Origin: Octopus sinensis
Taxonomy: Eukaryota
Assembly: GCF_006345805.1 (NCBI RefSeq)
Contig: NC_043001.1
Coordinates: 80,476,001-80,540,000 of the forward strand
DNA: 64,000 nt
Direction of reading: 5' to 3'
Below the pieces are notes generated by a model, which saw nothing but the letters and a program-made list of their open reading frames with translations, ran no database searches and was not told the origin of the DNA. The translations under genes were made by a program, and so were the position numbers. Every line of letters begins with the position of its first letter. The stretch's first letter is position 1. Positions 50,201 to 63,059 of the stretch are shown here, piece by piece.

Positions 50201-50347
50201 TTTAATCATTTTTTCTAATTTTTACTTATTTACTATTATTACTAGTTTTGTTTTACCTTACTTTTTTCTTTCTTTTTTTTTTCTTCGAGGCAAAGTGCAA
50301 ATATTTCAGAAGTAAACGTTTTCTAAGTGCTGATATCGTTTCTATAC

Positions 50348-50382
<35 letters not shown>

Positions 50383-50453
50383 CATACACACACACACGAA
50401 CACACACACACACACACACAGACATACACACATCACACACACACACAACATAT

Positions 50454-50502
<49 letters not shown>

Positions 50503-51136
50503 TTTATATATATATGTGTGTGCGTGTGTATATATATGATATATATACACATCCACACACACACATATATATATACATATAATATATATATATCACACAA
50601 ATATATATACACACACATGTAAACATACAAATATACATATGTGTGTGTGTTTCTATATTTATGTAAATGTATGATTGCCTAAGCATGCCGACGTATGCAT
50701 CAGCATTCATACATGTATATACATATATACACAACAATATATTTGCGTACAGGTAAGCACAATCGCACACAAATAATTATATACATGCACACCTATATAT
50801 GTATATATATATATATATGGGTATCAATGCAAATATACATATATGTGTGTGTATACATATACATATATATGTGTATGTGTTTGTATATGTGTAATAAATA
50901 ACAGTCAGGTTCAATACAGTTTCGTAGGCATGGTTGAGTCTACATGTATGCATGTATGTATCTGTATGCATACACACGGGTGCGCGCACACACGCACACA
51001 TACACACACACTTATAGATAAATAGATCGATAGAGAAATAGATAGATTATGTGTTATATCTATCATCATATATATATATATATATATATAGATATATATA
51101 TATATATATATCCACACACACATACAACTGTGTGTG

Positions 51137-52170
51137 CTAGGTCTCTTGTTTCGGTTGAGGACTTCAGTGTTGATGATGTGGTTGGTCCACCTTGGTGTCC
51201 AAGATGCGTTTCAAATTACAAAGGTGAAAGAGTTGAGGCGCCGGCTCTGTCTAGCGTAGTGATTCCACGTGCTTCTGCCGTAAATTAGCATACTTAGGAC
51301 GCACGCCTTATAGACAGCAATTTTGGTGTTTGCAGCCTGCTTTTCGCTTTCCCAGACTCTCTTTGTGAGCCTGCTAAATGTGAAAGATGCTTGTCCGATT
51401 CGCTTATTGATATCAGGATCCAGGAAGAGGGCATCAGCAATGGTAGAGCCGAGATATGTATATTGATGGACTACCCTCAGCTTGTAGTTGTTGGTGGTGA
51501 TAGTTGGGGCGTGCTTGACACTTTGACCTATTACTTTGGTCTTCTTCAGACCGATAGTCAGGCTGAATTCCTGACAGGCTTTTGAAAGTTTGTCCACGAA
51601 GTGCTGCATTTGCTCTTCAGAATCCGCTGTCCGTGTTGCATCGTCTGCGAACAGCATTTCTCTGATGAGCACTTGGCGCACCTTTGATTTTGCTTCAGCC
51701 TCAACAAGCTAAAGAGTTTGCCGCTTGATCTGGTGTGGAAGTAAAACACTGTCAGTCGATGTTCCAAATGCCTGTTTCAGCATGACTGCAAAGAAGACGA
51801 CAAATTGGGTGGGGTAAGTACACAACTCTGTTTCACGCTACTACGTGTTGAATGCCTCCGAAAAAGAGCCATCAAACAGAAAATGACGCCTTCCATCACC
51901 TTTCATGAACAGCAGCGTCCTTTGTGCTGGCTCAGTCATGTTTATCACATGTCAGAGGAAAGGATCCCAAAAGACCTTCTGTATGGGGAATTGGCCACCG
52001 GCGCAAGAGCACGAGAACGATCTCATCTTCGTTTCAAAGACGTCTGTAAAAAGGATATTAAGTCGCTTGTTCTGGACGTCCCGAGATGTGAGGTTACAAA
52101 TGATCGCCCACACTGGAGGCAAATACTGCGAAAGCGAGTGAAGAGGGCGGAAGGAAAATATGAGCACGCC
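51137..52170 (+). mobile_element. 5'-inverted RTE LINE: RT segment on minus (51137-51805), 3' segment on plus (~51880-52170)
   Basis: Minus: EMLFADDA...YTYLGSTI...YKACVLSMLIYG...NTEVL. Plus: PS...WLSHVYHMSEERIPKDLLYGEL...RFKDVCKKD. Confidence 0.85.
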
Positions 52171-52261
52171 ATTATATAGATATCTATACATGGTATCAAA
52201 TTTTTACAAATTTCACTACCAGTGGCCTATCATGTATAAAAAGTCAATAGACGACATATTA

Positions 52262-53435
52262 TCTCTTATTATAAAAGGCAGATTTTATCTGCCTCCCTTT
52301 GTAAGTTATAGAAATCTACAATATAGGATTTCTTCAATTACAATTTACCTAGCATTTTTAAGAGTAGAATGCATCGGGTCATGCCAGGTCCAGTTTTTAA
52401 AATTTAAACTCCAATTAAGCAAAATTTACAGAAAACTCACATTCTGGTGTGTATGTCAAATGCTTTTCTTAGTCTGGTTTACAGCACACGCAAACGCACA
52501 CACACAGTGTGCAACGAATAAAGTGAAACTAGATGTAATATTTGTTTCTGTCTATCACGCTGATAGATACATGAGTAAAATGTATGGGAAGCTAACAGAT
52601 AAGAGTGAGTGAAAATGTTCTTGGAAGAGAGTAAATTAGCGACAGAGTGATTTGAGGAAGACTAAACTGAAAGTATGAAACAGTGTTTATGTATAAACAG
52701 ACGACACTTATATAAACCCTTTCGTTACCAACCGCCCGAATTTACCTATTCATATTTAAATGAGAATATCAGAGTAAATCTCTTTAGTACATTCGTGAAA
52801 ACACGTATTATACTTCGTAAACACTTCAAATACAGTTTGTACAAAAATCAAAGTGTAATTTTAATTCCGTGAATTATGGGAGATTTTTTTCCGAAATTTG
52901 TTCCTATTGTGTTTTCAAAATTGTAATTCTGACAAAAAATGGATACGAATTTCATTATATCAAGCAGCGAGTCAGAATTCGAAGGATTTTCTACTGAAGA
53001 CCTTCATAAATCTAACTCTATGACTGAAAAAAAAAAGCATCTTTATATAAGAGTGAAGTTGGTGTCTGTCCCCTTCGATTTAGATTCAACTACTCCCCAC
53101 ATTTTGCGGTGCAGTTTAACCAAAAGCGGGTATCTTATAGTCGTGATTCATATCGAGCCCTTCTGGGTATTAGTAGCGCGCGTCTACGATGAGTCTACGA
53201 TTTAAAAAAATTACCATCATATTTTTTCCATTTTAATGCATTTTTTTCGCTTTTATATAAGGGAAGTAACTCTCTAAAAATATCTACGATGTGTCAACGA
53301 TTTAAAAAAAAAATTACCTTAATTTTTTTTCAATTTTTAATGCATTTTTTTTGCTATTTTTTGGCTATAACTCTCTAAAAATGCTTATATAGTTATTTCC
53401 CTTACAACACGAGCAACGCCGGGCGATACTGCTAG
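52262..53435 (+). mobile_element. Composite non-autonomous Helitron (5' TC...CTAG 3', A|T target, no TSD)
   Basis: Starts TCTCTTATTATAAAAGG after A52261 and ends GATACTGCTAG before T53436. Second Helitron-type head TCTTTATATAA at 53040. Internal piggyBac-like piece from ~52715 (AACCCTTTCGTTACC; SSSESEFEGFSTEDL). Confidence 0.8.
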
Positions 53436-53589
53436 TTCAATATAAAATAGTGTACATTTAAACACAAAGAGAAATTACCTATAAGAGGCAATTCCTATAC
53501 GCTAGGAGACAGTCAAAACGACCGAAAACCACAAAATTTAAGCAATTTCAAAAGGAATGAAATAATAAAAACTTTTACCTTGTTTTTAC

Positions 53590-53670
53590 GGTTATACCTA
53601 TAGGTTTCGGATTTTTTAGCAAATAAAATAATTTAAATTTAATTCACTAGGCAAATCCTCATCAGTAACC
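53590..53670 (-). ncRNA. Canonical type I hammerhead ribozyme with extended stem II
   Basis: Minus strand ggtta-CTGATGA-ggattt...aaatcc-GAAA-c ctatag-GTA|taacc. Stem I 5 bp, stem II at least 6 bp, 10-nt palindromic stem III ACCTATAGGT; predicted cleavage between 53595 and 53594. Confidence 0.85.
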
Positions 53671-53920
53671 GAGCCATCCAAGACTAGCCTATAATTATGA
53701 GACCAATAGCACGTGTCTCATCTTTATATGTTATAGTTTTTTCAAAATCCATCATTTTGTGGTTTTCGGTCGTTTTGACTGTCTCCTAGCGTATAGAAAT
53801 TGCCTGGTAAATTCTCTTTGTGTTTAAATGTACACTATTTTATATTGAATAATATGCCGTCTATTGACGTTTTATACATGCTAGGCCACTGGTAGTGAAA
53901 TTTGTAAAAATTTATTATCC

Positions 53921-53958
<38 letters not shown>

Positions 53959-54247
53959 GTGTGTATAATGATTCTTGGATGGAGTTAATAAACATTTAAC
54001 GTATCGCTACGCACGTTTCCACAAGTCACATGTCTCTTAATATCACAGTTCGTATTCCTGGGATGATTGCAGTGCAGTTCGTAGTTTCTGTGGGTATCTG
54101 TTGATCATCTTCATGGATTCCTTTCTTGAGGCGATATAACATTAATGGATGTACAGCAGAGGGATGTTTATGGATGTACAGCAGAGGGATGTTTATGAAA
54201 TTTAAGCGGGTTATGTGTGTGTTTCTGTGTGTATTTATGTGTGGGGA

Positions 54248-57200
54248 TTATGTCAGGTCTCCGCTTGGAGCTACTGGTAACATGTAATCCAGTACAACCT
54301 GTTAAATAGTCGGGTCGTTGGCGACTAAACTGGCAACCCCACCAAGATTTCTTGGTGAGGAGGGTGATTTGGACACCCAGCAGGACTAAAAACAAAACCT
54401 GTCAAAGGGCAGAGGAACTCTCTCATGAGTCAATGACCATCCAAAAACCTACATAAATCGGAAGTGGAGCCCCTAAGGCGGTTGGATTGCGCCATGCGTG
54501 CCACCTTCCGGCATCTCCTGCATCCTGGTCTACCCCCAGCCGACTTGACTTTGTCTTGCCACTGGATCCGGCGCACCAGGACGAGAGAGTGAGGCTGATC
54601 CTGCACAAGTCACCCTCACTATAATCCAAGTCACGCGCACGTCATGACATCATGACACCAACATCACAAAGTCCTGTGGCGATGGGGAAACGGCGAAGTA
54701 GCAGGTGAGGATATACTGGGAGCTGCAGTCGTGAACCCACACACAGGCGGCTCAGGACATGTGGTCGCCCCTCACTGAACTGAGGCAGCAGTGGAGTCCG
54801 GCAGCCTCCTGAGTGACCGAGCAGCCCTCTTCAGGATCGCTCTGCTCGCCTCCGCAGCATGAGGACGGGGCTAGAAAAGGTTGCCCTAAACATAGCCCAC
54901 CTCACCTCACCCTGGTCAGCAAACCGCGGCTGGTGGGGATCCTTTCCAAGCGGTCGAAACAAAGAAAGAAAACGAACAAAGGTGCTCACTTTCGCAACTT
55001 GGAACGTGAGAACTCTGCTTGACAACACCAAAGCGGACAGACCAGAGAGACGAACTGCCCTGGTGGCCAGAGAACTGAGCCGATACAATATCGATATCGC
55101 AGCACTGAGCGAGACCCACCTTGCGGACAAAGGCCAGCTGACAGAGACAGGCGGCGGCTACACTTTCTTTTGGAGTGGTCGCAGCAGCGAAGAGCGTCAT
55201 GAGGCTGGTGTTGGTTTTGCCATCAAGTCAGTACACGTGCGGAAACTGGAAAGTTCCCCCGAGGGTATCAACGATCGGCTGATGAAGATGCAGCTCCCAC
55301 TTGGAAACAAGACTAGTGCGACCATCATCAGCGCTTACGCCCCTACCATGACCAACCCTGAAGAAGTTAAGGACATGTTCTATGAGGAACTCGACTCCCT
55401 CATCACGTCAGCCCAGCCTGGGAAGCTCATCCTCCATTGGGACTTTAATGCCCGTGTCGGGACTGACCACCAAGCCTGGCATCGCGTACTGGGAAAGCAC
55501 GGAATCGGAAAGTGCAACAACAACGAGCAGCTCCTCCTGCGGGCGTGCGCCTCTCATGATCTTACCATCGCCAACACCTTGTTCCGTCTGCCAACACGCA
55601 ACAAGACATCATGGATGCATCCACGCTCCAAACACTGGCATCTGATAGATTACGTCATCGTCAGGGCGAAAGACAGGCGGGACGTGAGACTGGTCAAAGC
55701 CATGTGTGGAGCTGATTGCTGGACGGACCATCGCCTCATTATCTCCAGGATGGATTTCTACATCCAACCTAAGAGAAGACCACAGTGTCAGAAAGTGACG
55801 AGGAAGCTCAACATCACGAAATTAAAGAACCAGCAGACTGCATAAGATCTCCAGTCACGTATGGACAGCAAGCTGTTGGACATTCGGAATGACCAGTCCA
55901 GCATCGATGAGCAGTGGGAATCATTCAGGGACACGGTTCATTCCATCGCCCTTGAAACTCTAGGCCAAGTTACGAGGAACCACCAGGACTGGTTCGACGA
56001 AAACGACCAGGAAATCCAAAAGCTCCTGGAAGAGAAACGCCGTCTGCTGCGGGCCCACCAAAATGACACCACGTGCACGGCAAAGAAGGCTGCTTTCAAC
56101 AACATTCGCAGCACAGTCCAAGCAAAACTCCGCCTCATGCAAGACGCATGGTTAAGCGCCAAGGCGGATGAGATTCAGGGAAACGCAGACAAACACGACA
56201 CCAAGAAATTCTACGATGCGCTGAAAGCTGTCTATGGACCGCAGTCCTCCTTTGGATCAACCCCCATGCTCAGCTCGGATGGAACCTCACTCCTGACTAA
56301 CAAGAGAGATGGGCGGAGCATTTCAACATCGTGCTCAACCGACCAGCCCAGATCAACGAGGAAGCCATCGCACGACTCCCCCAGGTGCCGACAAACCACG
56401 AGCTGGCTGTTCCCCTTGCAGTCGAGGAAGTGAGCAGAGCCATCAAAAAAATGTCCACCGGCAAAGCTCCAGGCTCTGACGCCATCCCTGCAGAGGTGTT
56501 CAAGTCGGGCGGCCCCACCATGATCAGTCAGCTCACCAGCCTGTTCCAGTTGATGTGGGACAAAGGAACAACTTCCTCAAGATTTCCGGGACGCAACAAT
56601 CGTCCACATTTATAAGCGGAAAGGAGATCGGCAGTCCTGCGACAACCACCGAGGAATCTCCCTCTTGTCCATAGCAGGCAAGATCCTGGCCCGAGTTCTG
56701 CTTGACCGCCTTCTGGAACACTTGGAGCAAGGCCTTCTCCCTGAGAGCCAGTGTGGCTTCCGCGCGGGTCGAGGGACCACTGACATGATATTCGCCGCCC
56801 GCCAGCTCCAGGAGAAATGCATGGAGCAGCATCTTGACCTCTGCATGACCTTTGTTGACCTCACCAGGGCTTTCGATACAGTCAGTTGGGAGGGACTCTG
56901 GAAGGTCATGGGAAAATTTGGTTGCCTCAGCAAATTTATTGCAATTGTCCGCCAGTTTCACGACGGAATGACAGCCAGAGTCCTTGAAGACGGCAACTCA
57001 TCTGAAGCCTTCCAGGTGACCAACGGAGTCAGGCAGGGCTGTGTCCTGGCCCCAACACTGTTCAGCATCATGTTCTCGGCAATGCTGTCCGACGCTTTCA
57101 GGGACTGCAAGTCCGGTATCGACATCAAGTACAGGACGGACGGGAAATTTTTCAACTCCAGAAGATTGCAGGCCGTCACAAAGGTGAGGGAGACAGTCGT

Positions 57201-58200
57201 CAGAGACTTTCTCTTTGATGACGACTGCGCCCTTAACGCAATCGATGAGCAGGAGATGCAGCTCGGGATGGACAGGTTCTCATCAGCCTGCGACAACTTC
57301 GGTCTCACCATCAGTGCCAAGAAAACCGAAGTGATGTTTCAGCCAGCCCCCGGCAAACAATACCATGAGCCTCAGATAAAGGTGAACGGACGGATCCTAC
57401 GAGCGGTGGAAAACTTCACCTACCTGGGCAGCACTCTCACCTGCAATGCCAACAAAGATGCTGAAATCATCAACAGAATCTCCAAGGCAAGCAGCGCGTT
57501 TGGGAGACTGCGAAAGAAAGTCTGGGAGCGGAATCAGCCTCAACACCAAGCTGAAAGTCTACCGGGCAGTCGTGCTTACCACCCTACTATACGGCTGCGA
57601 GACGTGGACTGCTTACCGAAGGCACGAGCGCCAGATAAACCACTTCTACCTCAGGTGTCTTCGGAACCTCCTTCACATCCGCTGGCAGGACAAAGTCCCA
57701 GACACGGAAGTTCTGAAGCAGGCAGATCTCCCTAGCACCATCACGATCATGCGCAAGGCCCAGAGATGGGCAGGCCACGTCTCCCGTATGTCCGACACTC
57801 GCATCCCAAAACAGCTCTTCTACGGTGAACTCAGCCAGGGCAAACGCAAAGTCGGAGGGCAGAAGAAGCGCTTCAAGGACAGTCTCAAAGTCTCTCTCAA
57901 AGACTTCTCCATCGGCACAGAGACTTGGGAGACACTTGCTGCCGACCGCTCATCCTGGCGCAGCGCAATCACCACAGGAGCAAAGACAGCCGAGGAGAGA
58001 CGGATTCAGTCAGCAGAACAGAAACGCCAGATGCGGAAAGCCATGGCCACCTGCACCAATAGCACAGCCCCTACCCACTTCTGCCCCACTTGTGGGAGGG
58101 GCTTTCTTGCCCGAATTGGCCTCACCAGCCACCTCCGGTCTCATGGCAGTAATTCCACCAAATGATGTCAATGGTCATCTTCGAACCCGAAGGACGAACA
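54248..58200 (+). mobile_element. Near full-length RTE LINE with 13-bp TSD (inactivated)
   Basis: TSD TTATGTGTGGGGA at 54235-54247 and 58201-58213. APE (TWNVRTL, ALSETH, SAYAPT, DFNARVG, HLIDYVI, TDHRL); RT (FVDLTRAFDTV, GVRQGCVLAP, LFDDD in place of LFADD); C-terminal CPTC...HLRSH finger. Confidence 0.97.
54859..58165 (+). pseudogene. RTE EN-RT polyprotein pseudogene
   Basis: ORF pieces 54859-55845, 55861-56433, 56331-56615, 56665-57735 and 57446-58165; in-frame stop at 55843-55845 and frameshifts near 56305, 56570 and 57533. Confidence 0.9.
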
Positions 58201-58702
58201 TTATGTGTGGGGAGGAGGGGAAGGTGATGGAAAGAGAAGAAAGAATGTGTGTTTGGTGGTGGTGGACTGATTTTGCTATTCATTCAGCAGATGTTAAGAA
58301 TGGGTAGCACATACTTTTGTTTATTTTCATTTAAGGAATGACAATCTTCAATAAACTTTGACGTCAGCAGGTCATCTAGTACTACTAGAAGACCTGTTGG
58401 GGTTTATTGACTGAATTGATAAATGATACTTTCTTAAGGTGACCTTTTCATTCATTGTTTGTGTCTGCGTAACCATTTCTCATTTTCCAATATAAATAAA
58501 AGGTACTCTACATCTCTATCAAACCTCGTCTGGAGGCCCAAACAGAACGGAGTGGAACATACGACCCACTAATCCATTATAAAAAAAATGGTCTCTCTCT
58601 CTCTTTCTGTCTGTCTGTCTCTCTCCGTATATATGTACATATATGTATATATATATGTGTGGGGGGTGTATGTATGCATGTATATATATATATATATATT
58701 TA

Positions 58703-58763
<61 letters not shown>

Positions 58764-58777
58764 GTATGTATGTATGC

Positions 58778-58824
<47 letters not shown>

Positions 58825-58826
<2 letters not shown>

Positions 58827-59905
58827 TGGTCCTTTCATATATACCTTCCGCTTGTCGGGTTGCCACATTTAGCTATGCAGATGATACCAAGCCTATCTGA
58901 GGATACATAACCCTGGAGACGTAACGCATCTGCAACGGGAGTTGGATACAATAAACTGGTAGGCTGAGTATAATAACATGCAGTTTAATACTGGAAAATT
59001 TCAACACCTGCGCTACCAACACACGAAGCTCAAAGTAAAGCAGACAGAACAGAGTGGCCCATGAGGGATTGCAATCCCTGAATCAAAATCAATGAGTGAC
59101 CTGGGCATCAATATGAGTAATGATACATCTTTCCAGGGCATATTACTAAATTGGCAATAAAATGCAGTCAGTTGGCCAGATGGATCCTTCGATCTTTCAG
59201 AACGAGAGAACGAGAAACAGTGCTAGTCCTCTGAGGGACATTCATCCTCAGCCGTTTGGATTACTGTTTCCAACTGTGCTCACCACACAGCGTAAAATTA
59301 ACAACGGAATCCAAAGCAATCCAGTGAATCTACAGAAGGAAGATTGTCTACTGAGAGAAACTGAAAAAGTTAAGATTCTACTCTCTAGAACAAAGGCGGG
59401 AAATATACGCTGTAATATGCATCTGGAAAATAAGGCGGTGAGCTGGCAGAAACGTTTGCGCGCCGGGCAAAATGCTTAGCGGTATTTCGTCTGCCGTTAC
59501 GTTCTGAGTTCAAATTCCGCCAAGGTCAACTTTGCCTTTCATCCTTTCGGGGACGATAAATTAAGTACCAGTTACGCACTGGGTCGATATAATCGACTTA
59601 ATCCGTTTGTCTGTCCTTGTTTGTCCCGTCTGTGTTCAGCCCCTTGTGGGTAGTAAAGAAATAGGTATTTCGTCTGTCTTTACGTTCTTCGTTCAAATTC
59701 CGCCGAGGTCGACTTTGCTTTTCATCCTTTCGTGGTTGATAAATTAAGCACCTGTGGCGTACTAGGGTCGATCTAATCGACTGGTCCCCTCCCCAGAAAT
59801 TTCGGGCCTTGTGTTTAGAGTAGAAAAGAAAAGAATATACATGTGGAAAATCCTAGAAGAACTTGTACCAAGCTTTGGCATTGTGAGTTACACAAATAGC
59901 AGTCT
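58825..59905 (+). mobile_element. CR1/L2-like LINE RT 3' fragment interrupted by tandem SINEs (59433-59826)
   Basis: SYADDTK...LQRELDTINW*AEYNNMQFNTGKFQHLRY, resuming YMWKILEELVPSFGI after the SINEs; degenerate duplication AT.CAT.TGGAAAAT at 59417-59431 and 59837-59851. Confidence 0.75.
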
Positions 59906-60129
59906 GTTTGTGGTACGATAGCAGAGTGTTTGAAATTTTTTGGCAATGATCTATTTTCATCTGTCCAATCTCCTTACCTGGGCAACTATAATTATAAGTT
60001 TTTTTGTGAATGTGGTTAGAAAAGGTTAGACAAACATTGCCTACTTCTAAAGCTAGCCAGGTTACGACAGTTAAATTTGTTCACTAGGAGAATAAAAACT
60101 AAATATAAATATAATTTTGGAACTTGAGA

Positions 60130-61015
60130 AGCTGACTGAATGACGATACAAGAACTGGTCTGATGAATGTAATTCCGATGTACCAAACCTCTAGGGCATC
60201 GGATATAAATTGCATCAAAATTGATTGTTTCTAAATTATCTGAGAAAAAAGGCGTTTGATAAGAATATAACCATTGAAGCATCATAAATCAGTGTCGCAG
60301 AGAGAACTGAAGACCATGAAGATCTAGTGGTTATCAATTGGGTTTTGATAATTAGGATTCCAAAATAAAATGCAGCTGTTTAAAACAGATATTTGCTCCT
60401 CCCCAATCATCTATCGCTTTTACTCGATCTACAAATGGGTCCACTTTGATCAGCGATATTGAAAATGTTATGAAGCGATTGACAAAGTGTTTCACAGATT
60501 TGTCTTTTTTTTTTTGTTCTTTTTTTGATAATCCATCTACAATAGATGAAAATGTTATAGAAGGCGTTCCTTACTTCTTTGTTCTTGAGAAAAAGGATAT
60601 TACTCTCAACAGAGATCAAAACTGTTTTTAAACAGATCAATATTCAAGAAAGACTCCATTGATTGATAATATACTATGTGAGGTTATCAATCATAGTAGT
60701 AAGGTAATCGCTGGTCTTGTGATGATCCCGATCATCGATGTGTGGATGTGTTCACTTGTTCCGCGAGATTAGACAGATGCAGTATTGGTATCACTGCTCA
60801 AGGAAAAGATTGCCAAGTCAGGTTGGCGTGTCTTTTGTGCTATTTCTGTACTTGTAACAGTTGGTAAGTCATCCATCAGGCTTTTGTCGAATTCTTTCCA
60901 AAATGCACATATCCCATCGTTGTATTAGAATCTAAATATGGATCTGAATCTGTTAGAAGTAACACAGATATAAACTTTGGTGTCAGACAGCCACATGAAA
61001 ATTTGATAAACCTAC
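60130..61015 (+). mobile_element. Old RTE LINE remnant (linker to RT N-terminus)
   Basis: STNGSTLISDIENVMKRL...DNPSTIDENVIEGVP...VPRD*TDAVLVSLLKEK...NFGVRQPHE, collinear with 56250-56820. Confidence 0.65.
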
Positions 61016-61016
61016 G

Positions 61017-61074
<58 letters not shown>

Positions 61075-61164
61075 AATTTGTCACTCTCACTTTCTTTCTC
61101 TCTCTCACATACACACGCACACAAACATGCACACACACAAACACACAACACACGTACATACACA

Positions 61165-61392
61165 CACACACTGAGTTCAAATTCTGCTGAGGTTGACTGT
61201 GCCTTTCATCCTTTGGTGACGTTGATAAATTAAGTACCAGTGTAACACTGGGGTCAATGTAATCAACTAGTCCCTTCCCACCAAATTTCAGGCTTTAGGG
61301 TTAGGCGGCGAGCTAGCAGAATCGTTAGCACGCCGGGCGAAAGGCTTAGCGCTATTTCGTCTGCCGTTACTTTCAGAGTGCAAATTCCGCCG
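61165..61392 (+). mobile_element. SINE copies (GGCGGCGAGCTAGCAGAA family)
   Basis: Match to 59433-59826. Confidence 0.7.
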
Positions 61393-61659
61393 GTCAGAGT
61401 AGATGTGGAAACAATAGCTGCTAAGAGGTGATTCTCCACTCTTCAGATCTCTGGAACACCGAACCAGGGTCTCTCAACGGGGTGCAGTTTAAAATCTTAC
61501 CGGGAACAAACAAACATACCGCGTCACTCTCGCTCAGGGCCACTACTCATAATACGATTATGCCAGTACAGTACACACTAATATACACTGCTGACAAATA
61601 ACAGCTCGTAAAGCTACGCAGATCTTATAGAGCACCTATTCGAAAAGCGCTGGTACACA

Positions 61660-61980
61660 CATCCAATAAATGTCAACTTGAAAACCCCACAAGACCCACC
61701 GACTACATTTTGTAAGCTAAAGATATGCAAGTAAACATTATTACAAGGGCAATCCTGAACCAAGGATCAGCGATTGAGAATATTTCAAAGCACATCTACT
61801 TCTAAATACTATAAAAGAATAATTTCAGCAATATGCCGAAACATTCCCAAATTCTTTCATATAAAATTTAATCAAACACTTGAATGGTTTGTGAAACTTT
61901 CTATGAGAGACAAAGTGATATACTGAGGAGTGTACCGTGTGACATTTTAACCAGTCAGTTGATATATGTCATTTCTTCTC
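61660..61980 (+). mobile_element. Possible Penelope-like RT N-terminal remnant
   Basis: Frameshifted NPTRPT...RAILNQGSAIENISKHI...SNMPKH resembles the PLE RPII...GS..E.IS region; weak. Confidence 0.35.
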
Positions 61981-62347
61981 CAACTGCTTGAGTAGAGGCC
62001 ACCTCAAGGTTGATTGCAAGAAAACCTTATTTAAGGATCCGTAATCCTGTTACCTTACACACGATGCACATGCAACAAACATATATCTATTTGTATGTGT
62101 ATTTAATTCTACCTAAGCCTTTCTTATGGAGATAGATTCAAGTAATTCGGGTTATATGTACATAGCAGGTCCTCCAGAAACAACAGAGTGCTGTCGGATT
62201 TCATAGAGATAGCAAGAGAGAGAGAGATAGAACGAGAGAGGGAGAGGTGTATGCATATACATATATATGTATGTATGTACAACTGTATATGTAAATATAT
62301 ATAAGTACACAATTGCATGTGTATATATATATATATCCATACATATA

Positions 62348-62414
<67 letters not shown>

Positions 62415-63025
62415 GTGTTTGTGTGTGTGTGTTGTGTGTGTGTGTGTGTGTGTGCGCGCGCGCGTGTGTGTGTAGTTTTGGTGAGGAATTCTTGATACAT
62501 GCACAATATTTGAAGATTAAGGGAAAATTCTCCCTCCCTACTATTTCTTAGCAAACTCACTTTCTCTCCGTCTCTTACACCAAAAGTAACTCTAAGTGAC
62601 AGCACCAACAGTTTTTAGTCAAAATTCCCACGTGTGTGAAAATTATTAATTATATGCGTAAAGATCTTTGTACAAAAAGATACAATTTGTGGTGGTGGGG
62701 AACAAATTCTGTTTTTTTTAATTTTTGTAGGTAATTAATAATTTTAAATTTAACGAAATCTTTCTCCAAATATTGTTTCTACTCGAAGAACTGTTTCTAA
62801 GACCTATTTTTCAATAATATTTGTGTGTGTATTAATTGCTTCAGTCATTAGACTACAACCATGCTAGGGGCAACGCCTTGAAGGGTTTTAGTCGAACGAA
62901 ACGTCACCAGTACTTACGCTGGCCCTTAAAGCTTGAAACTTTTTATCCATCACTTTTACCGAACCGCTATGTCGCAGAGATGTACACAAACCACCACCGA
63001 TTGTCAAGCAAAAAGGCACTCAGAT

Positions 63026-63059
<34 letters not shown>

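Larger units (their letters stand above)
52198..53913 (-). mobile_element. Fold-back Penelope-like element; left arm (52198-52261 plus 53436-53537) interrupted by a Helitron, right arm ~53754-53913
   Basis: Joining 52261 to 53436 gives CATATTA|TTCAAT, the reverse complement of the uninterrupted right arm (TTGAATAATATG). Confidence 0.85.

Noticed and set aside
54255-54335. HDV-like ribozyme at the RTE 5' end (CCAGT/ACTGG pairing, GG, GTCG-TTGG-CGAC-TAA)
   Set aside because: The 3' half resembles the fold, but L3 would be only 3 nt, P1 needs a bulge and a mismatch, and the TSD-defined 5' end lies ~20 nt upstream of the putative cleavage site. A family consensus and an RNA motif search are needed.
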